In this document: piece after piece, positions 48,399 through 58,517 of the stretch
How the letters are laid out: the number at the start of each line of letters is the position of its first letter
Numbering within the stretch: the stretch's first letter is position 1
Source: an uncultured Acidobacteriota bacterium
GTDB taxonomy: Bacteria; Acidobacteriota; Vicinamibacteria; Vicinamibacterales; UBA2999
Direction of reading: 5' to 3'
DNA: 64,000 nt
Assembly: GCA_963723495.1 (NCBI GenBank)
Contig: CAVRQR010000006.1
Coordinates: forward strand, 498,107-562,106
Made by a program: the position numbers and the translations under genes
Notes under the pieces: model-generated
Told to the model about the DNA's origin: nothing
The model's input: the letters and a program-made list of their open reading frames with translations, nothing else
Databases searched by the model: none

Positions 48399-50693
48399 TC
48401 ACAGCAGCTTGTCGAGCGTGATCGGCAGGTCGGTCACGCGTTTGCCAGTGGCGTGATAAACCGCATTGGCGATAGCAGCCGCCACGCCGGTAATCCCGAT
48501 TTCACCGATGCCGTGGGCACCGAGCGGCGTCTTGGGATCGGCCACGTCCGTGTAGAGGATGTCGATCTCGGGAACGTCGGCTTGCACCGGAACGTGATAC
48601 TCCGCGAGGCTGGGGTTCATGATGCGGCCCGTCCGATCGTCGAACATCGTCTCTTCCGTGAGCGCCATGCCGATGCCCATGATGATGCCGCCTCGGAACT
48701 GCGACGTGGCGGTCTTCGGATTCAGAATGCGGCCCGTGTCGAATGCGCCCACCCACCGCCGGATCCGCACTTCTCCGGTCGCCTCATGCACTGCCGCCTC
48801 GCAAAATTGTGCGGCGTACGAGTGCATCGAATACTTCAACATCTCGAGCGGCGACCCGGTCGTGACCTCTGTCTCCACGAACGTCTGCCCGGCGCGCCGC
48901 AGAATATCGGCGTATCTCTCACCGATCGCCGGCATGTCTTTCAGAAAGAGCCCAGAGTTGGCCGGTTGCACGTCATCCACGTCCGCCTGGGCCAGCGGCG
49001 AGCCAGCGGTCTTCCGCGCCAGCGACAGCAACTCCTTCACCAGCTTGGCGGCGGCCTCCTGTACCGCGAGTGCGACGCTGATCGTCTGCGACGATCCGCC
49101 GGCGACGCCGGCCCACGGCAGGCTGCTGTCCCCATATTCGAAGCGGACGTGCTCGAGAGGCAGACCCAGGCGATCCGCGGCATGCTGCGTCTGCACGGTC
49201 GCGGTTCCCATCCCCATTTCCTGACAGGAGGTCTGGACCACGGCCGTGCCGTCATCGTTGAGTCGTAGCCGGGCGGCGGTCACCATCCGGTACACGGGGT
49301 ACGTGCCCGTCGCCACGCCTTGACCGATCAGCCATCGTCCGTCGCGCTGCGCTCGCACGATCGCAGGCCGGTTGCGCCAGCCGAATCGCTCCGCTCCCAT
49401 GGCATATGCTTCGCGAAGGTAACGACTCGAGAATGGATGCCCACTGACCGGATCGGTATCTGGTTCGTTCCGCATCCGAAGCTCGATCGGATCGATCTTC
49501 AGCTCGTATGAAAGCGCATCGATCGCGCTCTCCACCGCAAAAGTGCCAATCGACTCTCCTGGCGCGCGCATGAACGTGTTCGCCACGCGATTCACAGTCG
49601 TGACCTGCTGCCCGATCCGATACGACTGCATCGCGTACAGATGCCGCGGCGGAAAGCTGAATTGCTCGGGGAAGTAGTTGTCCATCGACTGAGCTGTGAC
49701 GCCTTCATGGATGAACGCGGTGAACGTGCCGCTTCCATCGCCCGCTATGGCGACGCGTTGCCGCGACGGCGTGCGCCCTCCGACGATGCGGAACACCCCC
49801 TTGCGCGAGAGCGCGATACGCACGGGCCGGCCGACCTCGCGCGCGGCCATCACGCACAACTGGTTGTAGAACCACATCGTGCCTTTGCCGCCGAAGCCCC
49901 CACCCACGAACGGCGCCAGCAGCTTCACGTTCTCTTTCTTCAAGCCGAAGATGTCCGCGAGACTGTTCGCCCCACCAGCCGTAAACTGACTGGTATCGAA
50001 TACGGTCAGCCGATCGTCTTCCTCCCAGATCGCGATTGCCGCGTGCGGCTCGATGGCGTTGTGATTGTAGGGTGGCGTCGTGAACGTCAGGTCGACCCGA
50101 TGCGGTGCCGATCGGAGGGTCGCATCCGCATCTCCCTTGACCACTTCGGGTGACTCGCCGAGCACGTCCTTCGGCGTATGCGCATGCGTGATGGCGGCCT
50201 CGAACGACGTGACGGCCTCCTCCAGGGCGTAGGTGACCGCTACCAGTGAGGCGGCATATTCTGCGCGCTCCTCCGTGTCGGCGATGACGACCGCGACCGG
50301 CTGCCCATTCCAGGAGATGCGATCGGTGTTCAGGATCTTCACGGCCGAGCCGCCCGCCGACGGCTCGCTTCCGATGGAGAATGGGGCCGGCACCTTCATC
50401 GCCGGCGCGTTGAGATGGGTGAAGACCTTGATGACGCCTGGCGCCTGTTCGGCAATAGTGCTATCGATGCGCGTGATGACTCCCTTCGCGATCGTGCTGA
50501 AGGCCATCGCTCCGTGCACCAGGCCGTCGACCGGATACTCCGCCGAGAAGCGTGCCTCGCCAGTCACTTTGTCGATACCGTCCAGTCGATCCACCGGCTG
50601 GCTGAGATATCGGCGCCCGCTTTGGAGCTCGTCCTGCTGGCGGTCGGGGAGCACCTGCGCGATACGTTCGACCACTCGTCGCATGATGCTCAT
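48399..50693 (-). CDS. paoC: Aldehyde oxidoreductase Mo-binding subunit (PaoC/YagR-like)
   Basis: KVTGEARF, GGGFGGKG, MRAPGE, EMGMGT, AGGS and GIGEIG motifs. Confidence 0.85.
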   Translation of the reverse strand: MSIMRRVVERIAQVLPDRQQDELQSGRRYLSQPVDRLDGIDKVTGEARFSAEYPVDGLVHGAMAFSTIAKGVITRIDSTIAEQAPGVIKVFTHLNAPAMKVPAPFSIGSEPSAGGSAVKILNTDRISWNGQPVAVVIADTEERAEYAASLVAVTYALEEAVTSFEAAITHAHTPKDVLGESPEVVKGDADATLRSAPHRVDLTFTTPPYNHNAIEPHAAIAIWEEDDRLTVFDTSQFTAGGANSLADIFGLKKENVKLLAPFVGGGFGGKGTMWFYNQLCVMAAREVGRPVRIALSRKGVFRIVGGRTPSRQRVAIAGDGSGTFTAFIHEGVTAQSMDNYFPEQFSFPPRHLYAMQSYRIGQQVTTVNRVANTFMRAPGESIGTFAVESAIDALSYELKIDPIELRMRNEPDTDPVSGHPFSSRYLREAYAMGAERFGWRNRPAIVRAQRDGRWLIGQGVATGTYPVYRMVTAARLRLNDDGTAVVQTSCQEMGMGTATVQTQHAADRLGLPLEHVRFEYGDSSLPWAGVAGGSSQTISVALAVQEAAAKLVKELLSLARKTAGSPLAQADVDDVQPANSGLFLKDMPAIGERYADILRRAGQTFVETEVTTGSPLEMLKYSMHSYAAQFCEAAVHEATGEVRIRRWVGAFDTGRILNPKTATSQFRGGIIMGIGMALTEETMFDDRTGRIMNPSLAEYHVPVQADVPEIDILYTDVADPKTPLGAHGIGEIGITGVAAAIANAVYHATGKRVTDLPITLDKLL

Positions 50694-51691
50694 TCCGCTC
50701 CTCCGTCGATTCCGGCCAGCTCGGAGAGCGCCGCGACGATCGTGCGTTTCGCCAGCGCGATCTTGAATGCGTTGTGTGCCTGCGGCACGGCGGGCTCGAG
50801 CTCGGCGTCAGCCGCGCGGGCAAACGCCTCACGCGTCGGCACCGCGCCGAGGAGCGTGCGCTCGGCCACGACTGCGCGCCACGGCTTGTGCGCCACGCCG
50901 CCGAGCGCCAGACGCACGTCGCGGATCTTTCCGTCCGCGATCCGCAGCGCCGCTCCGACCGAGACGAGAGCGAACGCGTAACTGGCGCGATCACGCACTT
51001 TGCGGTAGATGGAGCTCAGGCCGGCACTGGAGGCGGGGAGATCGACAGACGTGATCAACTCGCCGCGCTGCAGATTGTGATCGATGTCTGGCGTCTCGCC
51101 GGGCAGCCGGTGAAAGTCCGCAAACGGCACCACGCGTGCGCCCATCGGTCCCTCGATGTTGACCGTGGCATCGAGCGCGGCCAGAGCGACACACATGTCT
51201 GACGGATGCGTCGCGATGCACTGAGAGGACGCGCCGAGGATGGCATGCATCCTATTGAAGCCGTCGAGCGCGTCGCAGCCCCTGCCCGGCTCGCGCTTGT
51301 TGCAGTGCGCCGTCGTGTCATAGAAGTAGTAGCACCGCGTCCGCTGCATGAGGTTACCGCCGGTCGTCGCCATGTTGCGAAGCTGTGCAGATGCTCCGTT
51401 CAGAACGGCGTACGACAGCAGCGGAAATTGCTCGCGGATCACGGGGTGCGAGGCCAGATGGCTGTTCCTGACCATCGCGCCGACACGGACGCCGCCGTCC
51501 GGCCGCTCCTCGATCACCGCCAGGGGAAGCCGGGTGATATCAATGAGCAGACGAGGCTGCTCCACGCCCTCGCGCATGAGATCGATCAGGTTCGTGCCTC
51601 CGGCGAGGAACCGCGCGGGCGCCGCCGGGCTCATTGCAGCGTCGATCGCCGACTGACGATCAGTGGCCCTCACGTACTGGAAGGCGTTCAT
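50690..51691 (-). CDS. paoB: Aldehyde oxidoreductase FAD subunit with [4Fe-4S] insertion (PaoB/YagS-like)
   Basis: AGGTNLIDLM, QRTRCYYF..CNKR..GC and CIATHPSD motifs. Confidence 0.9.
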   Translation of the reverse strand: MNAFQYVRATDRQSAIDAAMSPAAPARFLAGGTNLIDLMREGVEQPRLLIDITRLPLAVIEERPDGGVRVGAMVRNSHLASHPVIREQFPLLSYAVLNGASAQLRNMATTGGNLMQRTRCYYFYDTTAHCNKREPGRGCDALDGFNRMHAILGASSQCIATHPSDMCVALAALDATVNIEGPMGARVVPFADFHRLPGETPDIDHNLQRGELITSVDLPASSAGLSSIYRKVRDRASYAFALVSVGAALRIADGKIRDVRLALGGVAHKPWRAVVAERTLLGAVPTREAFARAADAELEPAVPQAHNAFKIALAKRTIVAALSELAGIDGGAE

Positions 51692-52209
51692 CGCGACATC
51701 CCCTCCATTGCTTCACGAATAGCCTGTCGGATGCCGACGTACGCACCGCAGCGGCACAGGTTTCCGCTCATGCGCTCGCGCAACTCATCGTCGCTTAGCT
51801 GAGGCGGTGAGTCCGGCTTGGTGACCGCGCTCGGCGCGCCCTCCTTCCACTCAGCCACCATCGCCACCGCCGAGCAGATCTGGCCGGGCGTGCAGTAACC
51901 GCATTGGAATCCATCGTGTGTGATGAACGCATCCTGCATCGGGTGCAGGATGCCGTCGTGCGCCAGTCCCTCGATAGTCTGTATCTCGCGATCTTCGTAC
52001 TGGATGGCGAGAGCCAAACAGGAGTTGATGCGTTGACCATCCACCAAGACGGTGCAAGCACCGCAGGCGCCCTGATTGCACCCTTTCTTGGTGCCAGTCA
52101 GACTCAGGTGATCGCGCAGCGCATCCAACAGGGACACGCGGGAATCGATGGTCAGCGCGTGGATGGCTCCATTGACCCGAAGCGAGACCTGTGCGAACTC
52201 GTCCGACAT
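51688..52209 (-). CDS. paoA: 2x[2Fe-2S] subunit (PaoA/YagT-like), no Tat signal
   Basis: GTKKGCNQGACGAC, QCGYCTPG and GNLCRCGAY motifs. Confidence 0.9.
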   Translation of the reverse strand: MSDEFAQVSLRVNGAIHALTIDSRVSLLDALRDHLSLTGTKKGCNQGACGACTVLVDGQRINSCLALAIQYEDREIQTIEGLAHDGILHPMQDAFITHDGFQCGYCTPGQICSAVAMVAEWKEGAPSAVTKPDSPPQLSDDELRERMSGNLCRCGAYVGIRQAIREAMEGMSR

Positions 52210-52259
52210 TGGGAGGGTCCTCATCGGCCATACAAACGAATGATGGCTGTTGCGCGGTG

Positions 52260-52275
52260 TGCAAGAAACCCGCCG
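52260..52275 (-). promoter_or_regulatory. Candidate sigma-54 promoter for the pao-like operon
   Basis: CGGC-GGG-TTTC-TTGCA on the minus strand (GG-N10-GC). Confidence 0.35.
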
Positions 52276-52502
52276 ACCGTCGCGCGGATCCGCTGACCTT
52301 GGCGCTTGAGCGCTGACCGGACGGAATTCGCAACCGGCTCGTTACGGCCGCGTGATCTCGTTGAGTTTCTGAAGGTGTGGTCGCAAGATTTCATGCCGCG
52401 ATCAGAGACAAGTTCAAGATGGCCGGACTTGCTTACACGGCGCGGCTCGAACGGCAGGGGCAGGGTCACGTAAGTTACTGTCAACTGGACCGGTCGGGCA
52501 AA

Positions 52503-53849
52503 TTACCGGCTCAAGAAAACTGCGAGTGCCACACCGCTCCAGGTGGAGCCTTGTGGGCTCTCGACTGCCTCGGAACCCAGGGGCATGAGTCCGACCGCTC
52601 CTGGCTCGAGGTGGAATCGCGCTATGAGGTAATCGCGGACGAGAGCGGCTCGCGTACGCGACACAATGTAGCGATCCGCGACGGCGCCTGCCTGCGAATA
52701 CCCTTCGATCATCAAGATGGCGTCCGGAAGTCGGGACAGATTCGGTGCGAGCGCGGCGTCGAGCCTTGCCCTTCCCTCATCAGTCAGCTGCTCAGCGATC
52801 GTGGTCTTCGCCGATGGCAGGAAGAGGTCCTCCTCACGCAGCCACACGCGAACCGCACGTCGGTCATTGCGCTTCGTAAGAACACCCTTCCGGTACTCCT
52901 CCGGAGAGATGTCAGCCAAGTTGAAGTACCCGCGCTGATTAAAGTAGCCACGAAAGAAGAAATTGCGCTTCAGCGCCTCCATGTTCTCGGATAGGCCGGC
53001 CATGGCAGTCCTGGCCTCGTCGAGCGTTTGTCTCAGATCGGCAGTGACGCCGGCAACCTGGCCTTCCTTCGACTGTAGCTGTTCGACCGCCTGCCGCACG
53101 TGTTGGACGGCCTCGCGGGTGTCGGCCGCAATCACTTCGGCACTGCCAGCGATGCCAGTAATACGTTGATACAGCTCATCGTCCATCAACAGTTTGCCGA
53201 CCGTTCCTTCACCTCGCCGGATACGCTCGGCAATCTGCGCAGTGTCCGACGTCAGACGCGCGGTTGCCGACGTGAGCGTCTTCACGTCGTCGCGGACGTC
53301 ATCGATCAACACATTCGTGTTATCCACAGTGGTCGCGATCGACGCCAATGTCGTGCCGATTCCCTCGCCGAGGTCGTCGACCGTGGCATTGACCTTTCCA
53401 ATCGTGTCGCTCATTTGCTGGAACAGGTCTGCTAACAGGAAAGGCTCACGACTGGGAATCGTGGATCCGTCGGCGGCCCGCTCGGCGGCCGCGGTTTCTG
53501 CGCCGATTGCGAGAAACGATCCACCAACGAGGCCTTCGGTCTGGATCGCCGCCACAGAGTCGGTGCGCACGAGCTGATGAAGGTCCTCCGTGATCTCCAG
53601 ACGTGCGCGGAATTTGCGGCCGGGGTCGGCCGGTGGCTCGATATCCGTCACAGAACCGGCCGGGGCGCCCGAGACGCGGACGATGGCGCCAGGCTGCAGG
53701 CCCGTAATCGTCTTGAATTCTGTATACACGACGAACTTGCGTGCGAATGCCAGCTGCCGTTCGCCAATCATGAACAGCCCTGTCGCGAACAACAGAACTC
53801 CCGCCACCACGAAGAGGCCGACGCCCGCCAGGCGGGCCGGTGTTGCCAT
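52503..53849 (-). CDS. mlaD: MCE/MlaD protein with helical region and OmpA-like C-terminus
   Basis: N-terminal TM; GL..GA.V..G...G.V; QTEGLVG; GEGTVGKL; IEGY..SRTRA..VRDYL. Confidence 0.8.
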   Translation of the reverse strand: MATPARLAGVGLFVVAGVLLFATGLFMIGERQLAFARKFVVYTEFKTITGLQPGAIVRVSGAPAGSVTDIEPPADPGRKFRARLEITEDLHQLVRTDSVAAIQTEGLVGGSFLAIGAETAAAERAADGSTIPSREPFLLADLFQQMSDTIGKVNATVDDLGEGIGTTLASIATTVDNTNVLIDDVRDDVKTLTSATARLTSDTAQIAERIRRGEGTVGKLLMDDELYQRITGIAGSAEVIAADTREAVQHVRQAVEQLQSKEGQVAGVTADLRQTLDEARTAMAGLSENMEALKRNFFFRGYFNQRGYFNLADISPEEYRKGVLTKRNDRRAVRVWLREEDLFLPSAKTTIAEQLTDEGRARLDAALAPNLSRLPDAILMIEGYSQAGAVADRYIVSRTRAALVRDYLIARFHLEPGAVGLMPLGSEAVESPQGSTWSGVALAVFLSR

Positions 53850-54658
53850 CAGCCTCCTCCTTCAGACCGCATGAAGGCCTGTACCAGCGGGTCGCTGGTG
53901 GCGTCCAGATCCTCCGCACTCCCCTGGGCAACAATCCTGCCCTCGTGCAGCAATGCGAGCTCATCGCCGAGCAGGCGCGCGCTCGGGATGTTGTGGGTCA
54001 CGACCACGAGTGTCGTTCCGGCGCGCTTGCTCGCGAGCAGCAGCCGATCGATCTCGCGCGTTGTGATGGGGTCAAGGCCGGCACTTGGTTCGTCGACGAG
54101 CAGGATGGACGGATCGAGCGCCATGGCGCGCGCGAGGCCCGCGCGTTTACGCATTCCACCGGACAGCTCGGCTGGCATCTTGTCGAACTCGCCTTCCAAT
54201 CCAACGTCACTCAGTTTGGCCCTGACTCGATGCCGGATCTCTGGCTCCTGCAACTTCGTATGCCGGCGCAGCGGAAAAGCGACGTTGTCCCCCACAGTCA
54301 TCGAATCGAAGAGAGCGGCGCCCTGAAAGAGAAACCCCATCCGCTTGCGAACTCCAGACAGCTCTCCACCTTCGAGCGCCGAGAGTTCGAGCCCGTCGAC
54401 GAGCACGTGGCCGTGATCTGGTTTCACGAGGCCGATAATGCTTCGCAGTGTGACGCTCTTGCCGGTGCCGCTGCGGCCCAAGATGCAGAACGCGCTTGAT
54501 TTCGGAACATCGAAGGTGATGTCATCGAGCACTCGTCGGGTGCCGAACGTTTTCGAGACGTGCTGAAGCCTCACCGCGAGCTCGGACGACCCAGGCGTCT
54601 GTGCGCGATGCTCGCGAGCATGGCCACCACGGTCAGCGGTTGTCGAAAGGCTGCTCAT
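53849..54658 (-). CDS. mlaF: MlaF-type ABC ATPase
   Basis: GRSGTGKS, FQGAALFDS, LSGGMRKR and DEPSAGLDP motifs. Confidence 0.9.
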   Translation of the reverse strand: MSSLSTTADRGGHAREHRAQTPGSSELAVRLQHVSKTFGTRRVLDDITFDVPKSSAFCILGRSGTGKSVTLRSIIGLVKPDHGHVLVDGLELSALEGGELSGVRKRMGFLFQGAALFDSMTVGDNVAFPLRRHTKLQEPEIRHRVRAKLSDVGLEGEFDKMPAELSGGMRKRAGLARAMALDPSILLVDEPSAGLDPITTREIDRLLLASKRAGTTLVVVTHNIPSARLLGDELALLHEGRIVAQGSAEDLDATSDPLVQAFMRSEGGG

Positions 54659-55458
54659 GCTGGCGCCTGTGGATAAAAGAAGAAAATGATCCTGACCAGG
54701 ATGACATTGCTCAAAATGATCAGAATCGATGCGAGGACTACGCTGCGAGTCGACGCATTGCCCACGCCTTCTGTGCCGCCCGTGGTCGTGAATCCCAGAT
54801 AGCCGCCGACGATCGCGATCAGAAATCCAAACACGACCGTCTTCGCGGTCGCAGGAATCAGATCGGAGAAGCCGATGTAGGTGAATGAGCGCTCGAAGTA
54901 GAGCTGCCACGACATTCCGGAGAGCACGGTCTCGGACACGTATCCGCCGACGATGCCCGCAAAGTTCATCATCATGGTGAGGAGCGGCATCGCGATCATG
55001 GATGCGATCACGCGCGTGACGACCAAGTACTTGAACGGGTCGACCGCGCTCGCTTCGAGCGCGTCAATCTGCTCGGTCACGCGCATCGCGCCAAGCTCCG
55101 CTCCGATGCCGGCGCCGACCCGACCCGATATGAGAAGGCCGGCAACCAGCGGCCCGGTCTCCCGGATCAATGCGATGGCCAGACCGGCAGGAATCATCGC
55201 CTCGGCGCCGAAGCGCTCCAGGGATGCGCGTGTGTGCATCGACAGCACGACACCGATCGCGAAGCCTGACGCCACGATCAGAGGAGTGGAGCGAAGGCCG
55301 AAGTGATAGAGGTGTCGAAGGATCTCGCCGAACTCGTACGGCGGGCGGAATGCCGCAGCGACGGCGCGACCGCCGAAGATCGCGAGAGCACCCGCAGTCT
55401 CGAAGAACGCGAGCACGACGCGACCGGCGCGGTCGACGAGTAACTCTTCCGTCGCCAT
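54655..55458 (-). CDS. mlaE: MlaE-type ABC permease
   Basis: RETGP, AELGAMRVTEQIDAL and GGTEGVG motifs; start uncertain (55458 or 55491). Confidence 0.9.
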   Translation of the reverse strand: MATEELLVDRAGRVVLAFFETAGALAIFGGRAVAAAFRPPYEFGEILRHLYHFGLRSTPLIVASGFAIGVVLSMHTRASLERFGAEAMIPAGLAIALIRETGPLVAGLLISGRVGAGIGAELGAMRVTEQIDALEASAVDPFKYLVVTRVIASMIAMPLLTMMMNFAGIVGGYVSETVLSGMSWQLYFERSFTYIGFSDLIPATAKTVVFGFLIAIVGGYLGFTTTGGTEGVGNASTRSVVLASILIILSNVILVRIIFFFYPQAPA

Positions 55459-55822
55459 GGCAACGACAGGATGCAACGACTGCGCCGCCATTGTGAGGAC
55501 ATTTGCCACACGGCGTTCATGGTTGGGCTCGGACGCGGGGGAACTTTGCTTGAATTCCTCCAAGCGTAGCGCCGACCTCGCAAAGCGGATGGTCTTCTTC
55601 ACCAGCGGCTCGGTTACGTTTGGCAACCTGCTTGTTTCCACCAGCATGCCGGACCGTTGCTGAACTTGTGTTCCATCCGAACGCGACGGGCATATCTCCC
55701 TGCCGCATCACGACACGTATTCGTAACGATCGAACAAATCGAGGCGAACTACATGAGTGTCACGCGCGGCCAGCTCATGGGACCGAGTACGGCTCTTGCA
55801 TCCAATGCTCGGAGGAGATCGC

Positions 55823-56659
55823 ATGACGCATTCCGACCTGTTAGTTGTTGATGACGACGATCCGACAAGAACGGGTTTGAGGGATCTGCTGGTCAATGCT
55901 GGCTTTACGGTGGATGTCGCACGGGATGGCGCAGAGGCCCTGAACAAGATCGTCAATCAGGATTTCGGCGTCGTGCTGCTGGATGTTCGATTACCCAAGA
56001 TCGGCGGGTTGGACATTTTGTCTCGCTGTAGCCGCAAGCCACAGCCGCCCAGGGTAATAGTCATGACGGGCGTGGACACGACGGACGTCGTGCTTGATGC
56101 GCTCCGCGGACATGCGTACGATTTTCTTGCCAAGCCAATAGAACCTGCACGGCTGATCGAAATCGTTAAGCGCGCACTATCGACGAAAGCCAGCGTCTCA
56201 AACATCGACGTACTATCCGCACGGCCGGAATGGGTAGAGTTACTAGTGCCCTGCACCCGCGAGGCGGCCGAGCGGATACAGAGTTTCCTCCAACAGCTCG
56301 AGACAGATCTCCCGACTGAAACGCGCGATTCCGTCGGTCTCGCGTTTCGTGAGCTGCTTCTGAATGGCGTTGAGTGGGGCGGTCAACTCAATCCAGAGCA
56401 GAAGGTGCGCGTGGCATGTCTCCGAACGCGACGAATTTTGCTCTATCGCATCGCCGATCCAGGCCCAGGTTTTACTTTCGACGAACTGTCCCATGCAGCC
56501 GTTGATAATTCGCTTGGTGTCGTCGCTCACGACGACGTTCGTCACGAGAAGGGACTGCGGCCAGGAGGATTCGGGCTTATGCTAATCCGCGCTATCGCCG
56601 ATGAGCTGATCTACAACGAGCAACAAAACGAGGTGGTATTTATCAAGTACCTCGACTAG
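55823..56659 (+). CDS. Receiver plus RsbW-like HATPase (anti-sigma-type) fusion
   Basis: REC (VVDDD, LLD..LP, KP), then ELLLNGVEWG, DPGPGF and GGFGL; RBS GGAGGAG. Confidence 0.8.
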   Translation: MTHSDLLVVDDDDPTRTGLRDLLVNAGFTVDVARDGAEALNKIVNQDFGVVLLDVRLPKIGGLDILSRCSRKPQPPRVIVMTGVDTTDVVLDALRGHAYDFLAKPIEPARLIEIVKRALSTKASVSNIDVLSARPEWVELLVPCTREAAERIQSFLQQLETDLPTETRDSVGLAFRELLLNGVEWGGQLNPEQKVRVACLRTRRILLYRIADPGPGFTFDELSHAAVDNSLGVVAHDDVRHEKGLRPGGFGLMLIRAIADELIYNEQQNEVVFIKYLD

Positions 56660-57106
56660 AAGCTATTTGGGTTAGACGAATGTCGAAAGCCGGCTGCACT
56701 TCTGCTGACACCCTCGCGGCGAACATCTGATAGGCCTTTAAGCCGGTGCTGAACGTTGTTTTGGCAACAGCCAGCACGCGGCGGCGTGTCTTTCGCCCGC
56801 ACGTAGCATCGACGAGGGTGGCTCGAGCGCACGTTACGCGCTGACGCCTCTGTGACGGAGGTCCCGTCCGGCTGAATCGAGCTCAGTCTCTATCGTTGTG
56901 CCCCTGACGACCGTGACATCCCACGTTCAGCCCCTCATTTCGATCGAGAATGTTCCATCACGTGGGCGCCGAGCGCCTTGCAGCGCATTTCAACCACTAC
57001 ATCATCGGGGTGGGTAGACTATTGTACTTCCGCCGGTCCGCCTATCCGAATTATCCTCTGCCAGAACTCTTTACGTCACAGAACTCGAACAACTTTGGGG
57101 GACATC

Positions 57107-57791
57107 ATGCGTGCACATCCGTTACGGGTGTCTGTCTTGTTCGTCCTGTTTGTCCTCTCGATCATTGCGCCGCAATACGCGCTCGCGAACACTGTCGACT
57201 TCAGCGGCACCGGCATCGTCGGTCCACTCTGTTCCGATCCGAATCCTTTCGGCTGTCTCGGTGTCGTTCCGGGCGAGAACATGTACCGTTTCGGCAGTGA
57301 GGCTGACTGGCAGCTCGATTCGCTATTCGCTTTCGACTTCATGCCCCCGCCGGGCATACCGAACGGCGTCGGCACGTTTCGGTTTTTCAATACGGGCGTG
57401 GACGAGATCAGCGGAAGCCTGGAGACGTTTCTGTTCCCGCCTCCCAACCCTGGTCTGCCGCCGTTCATCGAGCTTCAGGTACACGGTCACGGGCGGGCTC
57501 GGGCGCTTCGCTGGCGCCACAGGCACTGGGAGCTCGAACATCCTGCTGCTGTTCGACCCCACGGCCAGTCCCCGCGGTCCCTATTGCGAAGGTGGGCCTT
57601 TTTGCAACGGCGCCGGCCAATTCAACCTCACGGTTCCGGAGCCTGGCAGCCTGAGTTTGTCTTTGTTGGGGCTCGCGCTCGGGGGAATCGTGCGGCATCG
57701 CACAGCGCGACGGCATGCTGGGCGCGGACGGCAGTTCGGCCGTCGCGCGCAAGTCGCTCTCGCTCAGGTCGCGATGCGCCTGCGCGGTTGA
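57107..57791 (+). CDS. PEP-CTERM sorting-domain protein (frameshift near 57478)
   Basis: N-terminal signal peptide; VTGG.GRFAGATG; C-terminal VPEPGSLSL + TM + Arg-rich tail. Confidence 0.75.
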
Positions 57792-58229
57792 TGTAGTGCT
57801 GCGCGAAAAGCCCCGGAACTGCTCGAGCATCTTCGTTCCCAAAACAAGGCAGAAGAAGTCGGCCTCGGCTCTCCGGCTACAGCCTGATGCGAATTTGAGC
57901 CGCTGGAACCGCGTTCGGTGGCAGGACAGGAGCATCCGCCGCATCGCCTCTGAACTAGCGATCAGCCGGACTGGCGTCGAGCGGGATCTTCGCCTGGCGC
58001 GGCGTCTCGCCGAGCAGGGCTACGACAGTGCGAACCGTCTGTACGGGCGCGAGGGAATCAGCGTCCGGGCGTCATCGTCGGCCCTTATGGCTCCTCCTGC
58101 GCGGCGGTCAGCGCACGACGCGCCATCTCTATGATTGTATGGACCCCGGCTTTGCAAAACCTTTCCCCCCGGAGTTCCCTTGGTCTGACGGCGCGTTGGA
58201 GCGTGCCCTAATCTGTCTGGGCTGTCCAG

Positions 58230-58406
58230 TCCCCCAGATAGCCTTCGTCGAGGAGTGCTTGGGCGAGGACCTCGAGGATGTTCCGCAGGACGCCCGAGCG
58301 GACCCACTGCTGAAACCGGCGGTGGCATGTGATACGACGGATACCGGTCTGGCAGGTCGGCCCACGGAGCGCCGGTCCTCAGGATCCACAGAATGCCAGT
58401 GAACAC
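58230..58406 (-). pseudogene. IS5-family transposase remnant
   Basis: [22 protein letters not shown] then [13 protein letters not shown] across a frame break. Confidence 0.75.
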
Positions 58407-58517
58407 GGCACGTTAAGTGGCCGCAACGGCGTTAGGACCAAGCCGCTGGCGCGGCGGACGCTACGCGTGAGGTGCGCCCGATCAGCCGGGTAGCGTGTGG
58501 GTCACCAGGAGGTGCCT

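Noticed and set aside
56950-57000. HHVGAERLAAHFNHY, faintly like an IS1595 transposase C-terminus
   Set aside because: Similarity too weak to support
57890-58020. HTH-like fragment SIRRIASELAISRTGVERDL (IS21-like N-terminus)
   Set aside because: Too short, with no start codon or downstream transposase
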